Below are positions 20,951 through 32,344 of a DNA stretch of 64,000 nt, in pieces. Each line of letters begins with the position of its first letter. Within the stretch, counting starts at the first letter, position 1. The stretch spans positions 434,001 to 498,000 of the forward strand of contig OZ361256.1 in NCBI GenBank assembly GCA_977018835.1, written 5' to 3'. The position numbers and the translations under genes are program-made. The stretch is from Minutocellus sp. GHC0000111. Lineage: Eukaryota. The notes under the pieces were generated by a model. The model did not search any database, was not told the origin of the DNA, and saw nothing but the letters and a program-made list of their open reading frames with translations.

Positions 20951-23519
20951 ATGAAGGTCAAGGTATCGGTGTATCACGGCCCGAGCGGCAGCGGCCGGAC
21001 GGACCAAGACGTTCCCTTCGTGCCCGGCGAGACGACGGTCGGCCAGGCCCTAGAGGAAGCCGCGTCCCGGCTGGCAGCCAGCGCCGCGAAAGAGGAAAGT
21101 TGGACCGATAAGAAAGAACCGCCGATGGTTCCAAATCTTCATCTCACTTCGTTGCCTTCTCAGGTTACCGCCGTGACGGACGAGTACATCGGGCAGGATT
21201 GGATCAAGAACCGCGTCCTATCGACCCACAAGAATCACTGGATGCCGAACCAGAACTATCTGCCGGGCTGCGAGTGCTACAACGGAATTCTGCGCTACCA
21301 CGTCGTTCCTGCGTTGGTCGGCTCCGACGAGGAGGACAGCAGCGATGATGATGATGATGATGACTCCGCTTCCAAACCCGCCAGCGGTAGCCGTGCGGAC
21401 GCCTCGCAGCGGAGCGCTGTGCTTACCAGCCCTCTGTACGAGTACCATACTCGGGAGGTATTGGAGGTGTCAGACCTGACCAGGATCAGTAGCATTCGGG
21501 TCCCAATCGATGCCAAGGGGAGCTTGCTACGTATGGACCTGTCTTGCACCGGCAAGATTGAGTCGGTCTTTAGAGAAAAGAAGGGAAGTAGCAGCATGAC
21601 GTCGATTGAGGACGTTGACATTGACCTGCCCGAGAACACGGGGCTTGGAGGTGCGACCATTGGCGATGTCAAGGCCATCGGTGAGTGATCTCTGCATATA
21701 GTTCTCTTTAGGAATATTTCCATCTCCTTTGCACCTCGATAATCCTTTCAAGTAGCCTCATCAATCACCATCCAACGTTACTCCCCCCCCCTGTAGTTGA
21801 ACAGGTGATTGATGTTGATGATCTGGACTTGGGGGATTCCGCGATCAACTTTTTATCGGCGAGTCTCCGCCAGTCGGTCACCATGGAGGACAACTGTTTC
21901 GAGCTACGTCATGTCGAGCTAGAAGGCCCTATTCTCGATGCTGATTTCTCTCCCAAGATCGTTACTAGGCTTGAGCTTCTTGCAGAGCAGGAGCGCCGAC
22001 GAGGTTCCAACGAGAAGGAATTCATTTTCGTCAAGACCTTGACAGGGAAGACCATTTCGCTCGAGTATTCCCTATTCTTTGACGTCAATAGGGTGAAGTT
22101 CATGATTTCTCTGATAGAAGGGATCCCCGTTGATCAACAACGCCTCGTCTTTGCCGGCAACCAGCTTCAAGATAGCCGCCTTCTATCCGAATACAACATC
22201 TCGGCCAAGAGCACTCTGCACCTCATCCTCCGCCTTCGAGGTGGTATGTACCAAGCAACTTCCGGTCGGTACGTACAAGCCTCTATGCTGCGTTCACTCT
22301 TTTTATCAAGTCGTGTTATACCTTCGCTAATTTTGATCTTTCAATTCTCTCTTTTGCTCATTCTTTTTACTATTTACGGGCAATACTTTAGTGAAGATTT
22401 CCTCGAGCATTTTGGTACAAAAGATCGCCAGATCGAACTGATCTTTGCCGATAACTCAACTGGGACCATAACTGTGAATACTACTACCAAGGTCAGGTCT
22501 ATCGAAAAGAGCGCACTGGCTCTTGTCAACGACAGTTGTGCTGATGATACCGATAACGAAGAAGCCATTCTGGATAAGAGAATCTTGAGCCTCAAGGCCG
22601 AAGTCGAAAAAGGCCGAACAGTCCAAGAAGGCCATTCTTTCCAAGAAATTTGATCGTGAGCAGGCCCTTGTAGAGATGCTTCGCCGTGAAGATGGGCTCC
22701 GCCGATCGCCCGAGTACCAAAAGGAGATGGAGGCCGCCGAGGAATCAGCCAACACGGAGTGGATGGACGTCGTTGCCAGAATCCAGGACCGTGTGGTTGC
22801 GGAGGCCAACGACGATGACAAGCCCGAGCCCATCTATACGGTTGAGGAGCTCCGTGAGGCGGCATCTCGTCATCCCGACATTGCCCATTGGGCCAAATTC
22901 AATCGAGCCCGTCAGGGAGACCTGAAGGAAGGCGACGAGGCCCCTGACGTTGCAATGCGCGACCTCGACGAGTCTGAAACGACCCTCCTGGAAGGGCCTC
23001 GGAAGAAGGCCAAGGTCGAGTCCAACGAGGATGGTGATGCCAAGGCCAAGTCGAAGCCTACCGTAGTCGCCGCTGGGTCCCTCTCGTGACCACCATTCCG
23101 CTACCTTGGGCCGGCACTGGCGGAGCTTGCATTGGCCAACAAGGGAGTGCCGGATTGGAAGTTTGTCTACATCTCCGAAGCTCATGCCCAGGATGAATGG
23201 CCGATCCGTTCAGGTCGGTTCAACCATGGACGTGGAGCTGTGATTGTAGAGAAACAGCCGAAGAAGGCAGCCAAGCGGTGCGAGTTCGCTCGAAAGTTTG
23301 TGGAAGATTTTATGCCCAAGGTCAAAGATGCCGGCGGCGATATATCGATGCTGGTGGATGATCCGGAGCTTGGGGATCCATTTGAGAAGCATTATGCGCC
23401 CTGGCCGCTGCGCCTCTCTCATTCGCGATGGGGTCGTGGAGTGGATTGCGCAGCCCAAGGATTGTTCGTACGATGAGGCCGTGGTGGAGCTTTGCGGTAT
23501 TCTTGGAATCTCGTCATAA
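20951..23519 (+). CDS. Ubiquitin-like domain plus iodothyronine-deiodinase-like (thioredoxin-fold) selenoprotein; introns 21681-21796 and 22269-22391; in-frame UGA at 23087-23089
   Basis: Ubiquitin [11 protein letters not shown]...[17 protein letters not shown]...[12 protein letters not shown]; deiodinase motifs [37 protein letters not shown]. Splice phases are compatible; two small indels (~22610, ~23415) are needed for continuity. Confidence 0.8.
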
Positions 23520-23568
23520 GTCGCTAGTCAGGTGGTGGTGATTGAAATGAGTGTGTTGAAGACTTACT

Positions 23569-23651
23569 AAGAGGTGTTTTACTACGTAATGATGGCGCGA
23601 GGGGAACTTTCCTTTGTTTTCACGTGCTTGAGATTGTAGTTGGTGCCTCTT
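23569..23651 (+). promoter_or_regulatory. Candidate SECIS element in the 3' UTR
   Basis: Helix I AAGAGGTG/TGCCTCTT and ACTAC/GTAGT; core ATGAT (23589-93) opposite TGAG (23629-32); ~11-bp helix II with G-U pairs; apical AAC at 23605-07. Begins 50 nt after the stop. Confidence 0.75.
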
Positions 23652-23748
23652 TTACTATGCCTTCGATTTGGGACGATAGCACCACAAAAGTAGTTCAACT
23701 CTATAATATAATGCTCTATGTGCAGCATAGCTATCGTCATTGAATCCT

Positions 23749-24748
23749 TTATACATCAGGAATTTGCACTTTCAAGACATGACGCCAAAGCAAAATACGA
23801 TTATCGTCTTCATCCCAAATCTCGTAGTCTTCATCCTGCCAGTGCCGAAAATCCTCGCCTAAATCGTCGGGAGTTTCTTCGTTGATAGCAACTAGAGTTT
23901 GTTGCTCCCTCTTCCCGTCCGGGGCAGCCTTTTCGCCAAGTTTAGCCAAGAGAAATGGTTCGGTGACGAATTCTGCTTCCAGCTTGTCTTCCTCCGTGAG
24001 ATGGTGAACGAGTTTATCGCGAAATTTAGAGTTCGCCACTAAGTCGTAGATAAAGGTTCCGTCGCTCATCCGCTTTCCTGATGAAACTACTCTAGCCCCA
24101 GGGACAGCATTGTTCTCCTGGATAAAGTTCTTGTTGCTGCTGCATTCATCGAACACAAAATATGTGGTTCGCTCTGGATTATTGGCAATGCATCTGACCA
24201 AGTAATTTCTGATCGTTATAATCCTTTTCGCTTCAACAGGATACAGCTTAGATCGCAGATAAACTGCAGCTGGACCGTCGCTGGGTACATTCATCGTATC
24301 CATCGCATCATCACCCTGGGGAAAGATTCCATAATACCTGAGAAAGTGGTCGGCGTCCTCGAGGTCCATTCCATGTGGGAGCAACATTTCGTCCTCATCC
24401 GAAGCAGCATTGGCATACGCCTTCTGAACAAATGGGACGAGATCTGGCGCACGATGGCAGCATTTATCCCATATGGAACGAATGTTTGGGGGGCATGCAT
24501 CCACCGAAACAGAAAACGGTGACACTGCGGTACCACGATCGGTGCTGTTCCCAACCCACCGCTCGGAGGACATGGCCGAGAGGTACGAGCTGGGCAGACT
24601 CTCGAGATGCTTCTTTGGGATGGTCAGCCGGAAGGAGGGCAATCCTTTGCCATCGGTGTTTGTGACGAGGAAATGCACGAGATCGCCATCGCCGCCTGCT
24701 GAAGCCGCTTGCGCCTGCAGCAGCGTCAACGCTCATTGTTTCCGTCAT
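23749..24748 (-). CDS. Hypothetical protein, possibly BTB/POZ-like N-terminus; start uncertain
   Basis: 326-aa ORF; LESLPSSYLSAM...FLRYYGI weakly BTB-like. Confidence 0.55.
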
Positions 24749-24910
24749 GGTTGAATGTTCCGCCGCGCCGGTGGAACGGTGGAAAATGGTGGGCCGGCCG
24801 GCCGGCCCGCCAAAAGAAACCCGGAAAAAGCGGGGACACGCATGATGTGTCATTTTTCCAGATACGCATACGCACGCCGCTCTCGAGGAACACACGCGCT
24901 TGTAGTAGCC

Positions 24911-25990
24911 ATGCACCGTCTCCGCCCCCTGTTGGGGCTCCTCTGCCTCCCCGCGGCCGTCTCCGCATTTGGCTCCTTCCAGCTGCCCAAGATGCCCTGG
25001 GACCAGCAGGGCGGTAATGCAGGCAACTCTCCCTTTGGCGGCCCCACTGCGCAGATGGGTGGTCTGCAGCCCGGTGATACCGTTGCTGTTGTGGGTGCCA
25101 GTGGCAACGTGGGCAAGCTCGTCGCCCTCCGTCTATCCGACACCTACAAGGTCAAGGGCATCGTCCGTGACCGTACCAGTGTGGAATCCTTCTTCGGCGA
25201 CCGGATGGGCGACGGCATTGAGCTGTACGAGGCCGATCTCCTCGAGGAGATGAAAGTAACGGAATCTGGATGTCCCGACGCCCTTCGACCAGCTCTGGCT
25301 GATGCCAACGCCATTGTCATTTGCACCGGCACCACGGCCTTGCCCACCAAGGCCTGGTCGCGCAACGAGGAGAAGGAGGTCACCTTGGACGTACTGTCGG
25401 CGCTGTGGGAATCCAAATTCGATGTCCCCGAGGCGATTGCCACCCTCACAAATGCTGGACTCAACACCCCGCAAAACGTTGACGACAAGGCCAACCTGTT
25501 CTTATATGAGGCATGGAACGATGCCTGCAAGGTATCGCAGAAGCGTGCCATCATGCTGAGCTCGATTGGTGTACAGCGTCGGGATCAGATGCCCTTTCCC
25601 ATACTGAACGCGTGTGGGGTTCTGGATGCCAAGGCCAGCGCGGAGGCCGCCTTGATCGATACAGCGGCAAAGAATGGATATGCCTACACGATTGTGCGAC
25701 CTGGACAGCTGTTTGGTGGACCATACGACAACAACTACTATCTGGGGACATTGTTTCAATTGGACAAAGATGCCGCCACGCAGGATGTGCAGGTTGGACT
25801 CGGCGATGAGCTGCTCGGTGATACATTGCGAAGTACGCTGGCGGAGGTAACGGCGCAGATCTGCGAGGGGGATTGTGCGTTGAATGTCGACTTTGCAGTG
25901 GTGAACGTCAAGGGCGAAGCTCCGAGTGTTGAGGGTATTCAAGAACGACTTGGGGCAATGAAGACGGAGCCGGCAGCGGTGGCTCAATAG
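24911..25990 (+). CDS. Plastid-targeted NAD(P)-binding Rossmann-fold protein (atypical SDR, Tic62/NmrA-like)
   Basis: Signal peptide ending VSA-F; VAVVGASGNVGK, IVICTGTTA, LSSIGV, YTIVRPGQLFGGPY. Confidence 0.85.
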   Translation: MHRLRPLLGLLCLPAAVSAFGSFQLPKMPWDQQGGNAGNSPFGGPTAQMGGLQPGDTVAVVGASGNVGKLVALRLSDTYKVKGIVRDRTSVESFFGDRMGDGIELYEADLLEEMKVTESGCPDALRPALADANAIVICTGTTALPTKAWSRNEEKEVTLDVLSALWESKFDVPEAIATLTNAGLNTPQNVDDKANLFLYEAWNDACKVSQKRAIMLSSIGVQRRDQMPFPILNACGVLDAKASAEAALIDTAAKNGYAYTIVRPGQLFGGPYDNNYYLGTLFQLDKDAATQDVQVGLGDELLGDTLRSTLAEVTAQICEGDCALNVDFAVVNVKGEAPSVEGIQERLGAMKTEPAAVAQ

Positions 25991-26160
25991 CAGTCAGCGA
26001 GAAGAATGGCTTGTAAATGGATAGAATTAGCTCTGACTAGCTAGTGCAGCATCTTCATTTACAAATTATTGTCAAAATGCTATTAATGTAGCATTTGCAA
26101 AATAGATTAAAGTCTACGGTCGTATGCGGTGCCTCGGGATATCCAGTGCTGCAAATAAAA

Positions 26161-27075
26161 TCACCAATGGGAATCCCAAGTACCAGAGGAAGTAGGACGG
26201 AAGAAAGTCCTTGCAACAAACTCATATGTTATCATCCGGCTGCTTGTTACCAAGATCGCTCTACCTGTCGACGCAGCGCAGCCCCTGTAGAATGCTGTGA
26301 GATTGCCAGCATTTCCCCCATTAAAGTACAAGGTCCGAACAGCTTGTGAGATACTCAACCCAGGCTTTGAGGGCGCTTGTCCTTGCATGACACTTTTTAC
26401 CGTGTCGAAGGGATAACTCACAACCCAGGCCAGACCCCCGGTGATGGAACTTATCGCTGCAATCGAGGCCAAATTAGGATCCTGGGCGTGTGACATGGCA
26501 ACGTCGTAAATGCCGAGATACACGCATGTGAAGACCCCCTCTCTCCACAAATTCGCGACATGACCTCGAAACAATATCGAATGCGGACTTGGGAGCTGCA
26601 TGATTTCATGCAGTATAGCCCTGCTGGATATGCCGCCTCCAAGCTGCGCCTGAATCTTGATGTAATCAGTAGGAGTTGATACGAATGCCGATGCCACCCC
26701 AGATACAACACCTGCCACGAGTGATGCGCGATAGCTGTCGCTGCTGCTTCCACCAAATCCCTCTTTCACTCGATTGAAGACACCAAAGGTGAGGACGTTC
26801 ATAATCGCTGCGTTGGCAATCGGCGGTCCGACGCCTCGGAAGAAGACCGTGGGGGAGTAGCCATTGCTCCTCAGCAAGTGCTGGGCAGCTCGAACGGTGG
26901 GGTATTTGGAGGCGCCTGCATTTATTTTCGTTTTGGCGTTGGCTGATGCAAAAGCTGGATTGGTCTGAAGATGGACTTTGATGGTGCCAATCGGATGGCC
27001 GAGGAGCGTCGACGAGACGCCGGCTGCTGTAGACGCGACGATGGTCTGGTGCAGTGGGAGGTTCAGCATGGACAT
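26161..27075 (-). CDS. Mitochondrial carrier family protein (carnitine/basic amino acid carrier-like)
   Basis: Three repeats HPIGTIKVHLQ, TPTDYIKIQAQ, YPFDTVKSVMQ with FFRG/LFRG/FYRG. Confidence 0.9.
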   Translation of the reverse strand: MSMLNLPLHQTIVASTAAGVSSTLLGHPIGTIKVHLQTNPAFASANAKTKINAGASKYPTVRAAQHLLRSNGYSPTVFFRGVGPPIANAAIMNVLTFGVFNRVKEGFGGSSSDSYRASLVAGVVSGVASAFVSTPTDYIKIQAQLGGGISSRAILHEIMQLPSPHSILFRGHVANLWREGVFTCVYLGIYDVAMSHAQDPNLASIAAISSITGGLAWVVSYPFDTVKSVMQGQAPSKPGLSISQAVRTLYFNGGNAGNLTAFYRGCAASTGRAILVTSSRMITYEFVARTFFRPTSSGTWDSHW

Positions 27076-27344
27076 GGCAGGCAGATGCTGCTGCGCTGCT
27101 GCGATGGGAGAGATCTATGGCGGTGCCAATCTGAACATGCTGAAATATGCGGCACTAATGGAGCTGGCCTTCAACTACTAGTACGAAGTAGCGCACAGGT
27201 AGCGCACCGAATTGGTCCTCGAGCGGCAATGCAACACGCATGTGCCGCTTTTCGATTCCCTCTTGCAAAAGCTTTCTTTTTGATTCACCTGCAAGTTTGA
27301 TGATCGCATTCAGAAATACTTTGCTTCAGGTGGGTAATCCAACT

Positions 27345-27910
27345 GCACAGGGGTGCTGGTAATAAAACTTTCGTCTGTCTTTCTCTTCTTGCTGGACTTG
27401 GGCTCGGGCAATTTCGGCAAATTGAACATACTTCCCATCTTTTTTGAAAACTTCACAATTTCCTTCCGATCTTGTCGCTCGTCCTCAAGCAGAGTCTGGA
27501 GCAGAATGTTCTGTCTGCCTTGCCCAAATATTCGTTGAGGGTCGTGTACTTGAGGAATTTCGATGGGACGAGACTGGAATCGTTGAGATACTTTTCAAAA
27601 TTGAGTGGTATGTTAGTATCTGCGAGCCATGTGGCATATGCGCGGCCCAACTGCTCGATGCCGCCGTCCTCGAGATACGACGGGTCCAAATCGGAAGAAG
27701 CAACACCGCCAAACACTTCGATGAGAAAGTGATCGAAAAGTTTTATGCCGGACCCATCGGCGGCTTTTGTAGAATCGGCGCGGCCCATATCGCCTGCCAG
27801 CCTTGCCGCGCCGGCAGTACCTTGTTGTGGAGAAGGCTGCTGTACTGCGCTCTTCTTCTGCAGCGCCGCCGCAGCGGTCTGCTTTCCTTGCGCTCGCAGC
27901 ATATTCATGT
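27345..27910 (-). pseudogene. Truncated ORF resembling the N-terminal core-binding part of a Crypton-like tyrosine recombinase
   Basis: GIKLFDHFL...AYATWLADTNIP...LKYTTLNEYLGK parallels ALAIYDKW...GFSIWIVNEDI...LGSSSLMQYFGQ in the recombinase at 52382-54987; no catalytic domain. Confidence 0.4.
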
Positions 27911-28220
27911 CGAGGAATAATGAGGTGCTGCTGCTTTCGAGCGCAAATGAGCGATCGCTCACATGATGTGCAACCCGATCGCCAAACTCTGGCGATTGGT
28001 TTTGACCACTTGTTTTTCCGCAAGCCTGCCCAGCCTGTAAAACCACACCATGAATCGGGACATTGTTTCACACTTTCCAGCTTTCTGGCGCTTTCTGCAG
28101 AAAGTTCGTTTTTATCTCCCAAAAAAATGGTTCCCCCAGTGCTGGAGATCGGAGAGTTCGGAGCGTACTAGTTAGTAGCACGGCGTACAATAGCATAAGT
28201 ACACTGGCTCTGAAAGCAAA

Positions 28221-29225
28221 ATGCCTCCAGGCTGGTTCGGCAAGAAGGCGATTGACGAGGAGGGAAGCGCGAATCCTGGCTGGTTGAACGAAGAAGCCGA
28301 TGGTGAACATGTGGCAGCAGTTGCCGGAGCCGACGCAGGAGAGAATGCGACGAGTGCCCATGACCATGACGAGACATCCCCCCTAATCGCTGATGCAGAT
28401 GATGAGGAGGATGATTATGACGATGCCATGGAGTACGGCAATTCAGGGTACGGGACGGGGTCTGCCCACCCGGACGACGAGGAGTCCAGCACCAGTCTCA
28501 CGAGCAGCAACTGGCACGAGGACGATGCCATTGCATCGCCGAGCCTGTCCAGTAGTCGGCGGTCATCGTCATCCCGTCCCAAGCTTGGCACTGGGAAGAA
28601 GAAAGTATCAACACGTACGCGTATGAACGAGTACAAGGCCAAGCTCGAGGAACGGCGGCGAAAGATGCTATCCGGCTTGCCCCGGCGCAACTGCTGCCAC
28701 GGACTATTCATCATCATCAATATCATCGCGGTCGCTGCCTGCCTTCTATTGATACTGTCGCAGGTTCTTCCCATCTTCTTTGTGAAGGAAGTGCAGACGA
28801 TTCTGCAGCTCACTCTCCGAGGGTATCTGACCTTTTTCTGTCTCATTTTCATATGCGCCGAGATGGAATTGCCGCTCCCCTTCGTGAGATCGAGCCAAAG
28901 TCTTCACAATTTCATTTCCAAGGGGTTCAACTACACTTTCGTGGCCATAGTGGCCATGGAGCAGGCTCAGGCGGATCTCGTGGAAGAATCCATCAAGAAG
29001 AGGACAAACGATCCGATGGGCATGGATCTTTCGTGGTTCCACGCGCTTTTTGTTGAGATACCGGCGTGGGTTATGCTTGGAGTAGGTGTGTTGTACATGG
29101 TGATGGGCATTTTGTGCATGAGGCCCGTCCGCGATCGGTGCCGCGAGGATTATGCACGCAGGATGGAGGAATATTTTGAGACAAGAGAGGCGCTGCAGCG
29201 GTCACTCCCTCCATTTGAGGGTTAG
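28221..29225 (+). CDS. Multi-pass membrane protein, COPI-associated/TVP15-like
   Basis: 334-aa ORF; acidic N-terminus, four hydrophobic helices, RGYLTFFCLIFICAEME...FISKGFNYTF. Confidence 0.7.
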   Translation: MPPGWFGKKAIDEEGSANPGWLNEEADGEHVAAVAGADAGENATSAHDHDETSPLIADADDEEDDYDDAMEYGNSGYGTGSAHPDDEESSTSLTSSNWHEDDAIASPSLSSSRRSSSSRPKLGTGKKKVSTRTRMNEYKAKLEERRRKMLSGLPRRNCCHGLFIIINIIAVAACLLLILSQVLPIFFVKEVQTILQLTLRGYLTFFCLIFICAEMELPLPFVRSSQSLHNFISKGFNYTFVAIVAMEQAQADLVEESIKKRTNDPMGMDLSWFHALFVEIPAWVMLGVGVLYMVMGILCMRPVRDRCREDYARRMEEYFETREALQRSLPPFEG

Positions 29226-29524
29226 ATCCTACGTAGTGAGAAAAGCCAGAAGCAGTCTCGCTAGTTGGCATCGAATGTTTCACGAAAACGCCTTTTGTGG
29301 GACTAGGAATTCCCACGACCGGGTATTCTTTCGTTCTGTTACATGTAATTCATAGAGTCAAAGTATATACAAAAATGCGCTCATTATAATGTTTCATTAA
29401 GAATTTACCGTATGTAGATTTGCAATCACTTTCAACGGTATATATAGACTCTATAGCTACGTAGCTAGCCCGCATGGCAGGGAATTGGGTAAGATGTTAC
29501 TGGAAGGGAAGGGCCCTCCGTGTT

Positions 29525-30611
29525 TCATGATTGATCTTGCTGTTGCTGTTGCTGGAGTAGGGCCGGTAGAAGTTGGGCCAGGACATTGGCGTTGCCAATA
29601 TTTGCACCTGCGTTTGTGGTACCCTGAGCTACACTTGGAGAAGATAGTGCGGCATTAGCATTGGCGGTGGCGTTATTGGTGGTAGCAGTGGTAGCGCCGA
29701 CAAGGCCGACCTCTTAAGACGTAGGCAGAGCACCGGTGCCTCCGAGAAGGCCCAGATTCTGAAGGACGGTGGTCGCAGCGACGTTGTTGGGAAGCAGTTG
29801 TTGCAGGTTGATCTGTGCCGGAGGCACCATAGGTGCCATGCCCTGTGGAGACTGCTGTTGTTGCCGGCAAGCAGACAGAGCCAGCCGAAGTGGCGAGATC
29901 GGAGGGAGACGGGGCCTGCTGGAGGCTGGGTGTCGTGGCCGCGGCGGCGGAAGCGGGGCCACCCATGGCCGAGGATGGAAGAGCAATGGACCCAGGGACG
30001 GCAAAGTTGGTCGCGCCATTGGCCGGCCGACATGCCGGAAACTGCCGTTTGGACGGGCACCGGCGGCACCTGCAGGCCCAGGATTCGAAGAGCATTCTGC
30101 TGACGAAGCTGATCAATCTGAGCCTGGACGGCAGCGGGAACTGAGGCAGGATTGGCAGTCGAGGACGCTTGGAATATTTGCTGAAGGCCAGGAGAAGACA
30201 TCTGCTGCTGCTGCTGCTGCTGCAGCTGACGAATGAGCAAGGCGGCGGTGCTAGAGTCATCATTGTTATAAGGCTGGCGACACCCGAAGCAGAAACAGGC
30301 GCAGCACTTGGGCTTGGACTTGAGGACACGGCCATGCCTCGGCTACTGATGGAGCCAGTTGCATTGACGACGGCGTTAACGTTGGCGTTGGCAACCATGT
30401 TGCCGCTCGCTGCCTGACTGTTCTGTGCAGTCACAGCCTGCAGCTGTGCCCGGATGAGGGTGTTGTCCTGGCGGAGGGCCTCGTTGTGCCGGGTGAGCTC
30501 GTTGACCCTCTCCTGGAGCGTGTCGACCAAGACCTTGGCCTTGCGCCTCCGCTCGCGGGCGGTCATGCGATTCATCATCTCGAGGCGCTCCTCGCGGCTT
30601 CGCTTGACCAT
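29525..30611 (-). CDS. bZIP transcription factor with Q/A/S-rich tail (apparent frameshifts; true start may be upstream)
   Basis: ERLEMMNRMTARERRRKAKVLVDTLQERVNELTRHNEALRQDNTLIRAQL. Confidence 0.85.
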
Positions 30612-31233
30612 CTTGCGCTTCTTGGTGCCGGACGTTGTCTCGCCCTGGTTGTCGTCGCTGGCACCTTCGCATGTGTTGGAAGATCAGAAAAGAACAGAAA
30701 CGCGACGAAAGCGGAGAAAGTGGCTCCAGAGAGCTTCCAAGGGCTTCCTCAAAAAATTGAAAAGGTGTAGAATGGAAGTTGAACCAAGACGTCGCGAGGA
30801 AACCCGAGGAATAAGCATCTGATTTTTCTTCATCCAAAATTCAGAACAGGCGACAAATATCAGCCTTGATGACGATCATGCGTCAGGCCATTCCTTGGCG
30901 ACTTTCGGTGACCGAGTCCTGACTGACCAAGCCATGTCATTCCAGCAGAAGCGACGTGTCGGCAGAAATCTACTGTGCATTCGTGCCAAGAGCACGACAG
31001 TAAAGTGTAAAATTACGCGCCTACCTATCCGGCTCTCGGCGAGGGACAAATGAAGGACATGTGCCGGACTATCGCCTACGACCTCGTATGCTGCTATTTC
31101 GCCGGAATTTCACTTGGCAGCCTGACACGGGGTTCAGGTCACATGCGCATCGGACCATCGCATAGATGCTTGTATTCACTCAAAGCTCCAAACTACTCAA
31201 CCTTTCGATCTATTGATTCGTTCTTGACTCCAC

Positions 31234-32220
31234 ATGTCACCCATCAAGTCCCTCTACCGCCGCGCCATCGATGACCAGGCAGCTGTCGCCATGTGTGCTG
31301 CTACTGGTAATGCTACGCATGCCCCCTCGTCAATGCAACAGCCATTGCTAGTAGTGATGCCCCTCCACCCCCTTCCATTCTTCTCCCTTGCGGCTCTACT
31401 AGCCACTTCTACCGGCCAATCGACAACAGGCGCGTCGGCATCTACTCCCACTCCCACTCCAGTCGTCTCTCCGCCCACGACCACAGATGTTGACGTCGAC
31501 GTCGACTGCGTTTCCAGCATCAGCCGCAATACTTCTGAAAGTGCGCCAAGTGCTGGCGCCGTCTCGTCCACGACGGTGACGCCCCTTGTGTCCAAGAAGG
31601 AACGGCGCCTCATCATGAATCGCAACTCGGTCCGTCTTCGTCGCAAGCGTCACGCCGAGAAGATGGACGAGATGCAGGGCGTCGTCCGCGATCTAGAGAT
31701 CAGCAACAAGCGCATGCGCACCGAGAACGACGAGCTTCGCAAGGCCATCGCCGACCTCAAGGTGCTGGTGGAGGAAGCAAAGCCTGCAAGTAGTGTCACC
31801 ACCATCGCTCCTTCTGATGGTGCATCTGCTACAAAGGACACTAGATACGAGTCATTGGCGGCCACGGCACTGGCCAAGTACGCAAGAATCAGCGCCGCTC
31901 CAGAAAAGCAAGGGGAGGAAATCTCTCCGAAGACTACGCTTGTCAAGCCTACCATGCCACCCAAATACATGACTGTAGATGCCAACAATACCCTCTTTCG
32001 CTCCTACCTTCTCTGCCGTGCTGCCTCCCTGGGTCTGTTCACGAGAAATTCCTCTGCTGAAGATAAAACGTCCTTCGATGTTTCTACCAATGTCCCTTCC
32101 AGCAGCATTCAGCCCAGTACTTCTAGATCTACTGGAGTTGACATGACCTCAACCACCGACGAGATTGAAGCCACAAAGCTTGCTGCTCAGCAGCTCACTG
32201 CTCTGGCCTTCATGGGATAA
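31234..32220 (+). CDS. bZIP transcription factor
   Basis: KKERRLIMNRNSVRLRRKRHAEKMDEMQGVVRDLEISNKRMRTENDELRKAIADL. Confidence 0.88.
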   Translation: MSPIKSLYRRAIDDQAAVAMCAATGNATHAPSSMQQPLLVVMPLHPLPFFSLAALLATSTGQSTTGASASTPTPTPVVSPPTTTDVDVDVDCVSSISRNTSESAPSAGAVSSTTVTPLVSKKERRLIMNRNSVRLRRKRHAEKMDEMQGVVRDLEISNKRMRTENDELRKAIADLKVLVEEAKPASSVTTIAPSDGASATKDTRYESLAATALAKYARISAAPEKQGEEISPKTTLVKPTMPPKYMTVDANNTLFRSYLLCRAASLGLFTRNSSAEDKTSFDVSTNVPSSSIQPSTSRSTGVDMTSTTDEIEATKLAAQQLTALAFMG

Positions 32221-32344
32221 AAGTGTGTGTACTACAGTCAGATCGTATTTTTCTTCTTAGTAGGAGGCGAGGGTACGCATAAGATTGTGCAGTAATATGA
32301 ACTTAATTAATAGGTAGCGACGCACTACTGCTAATGCTGACTAG

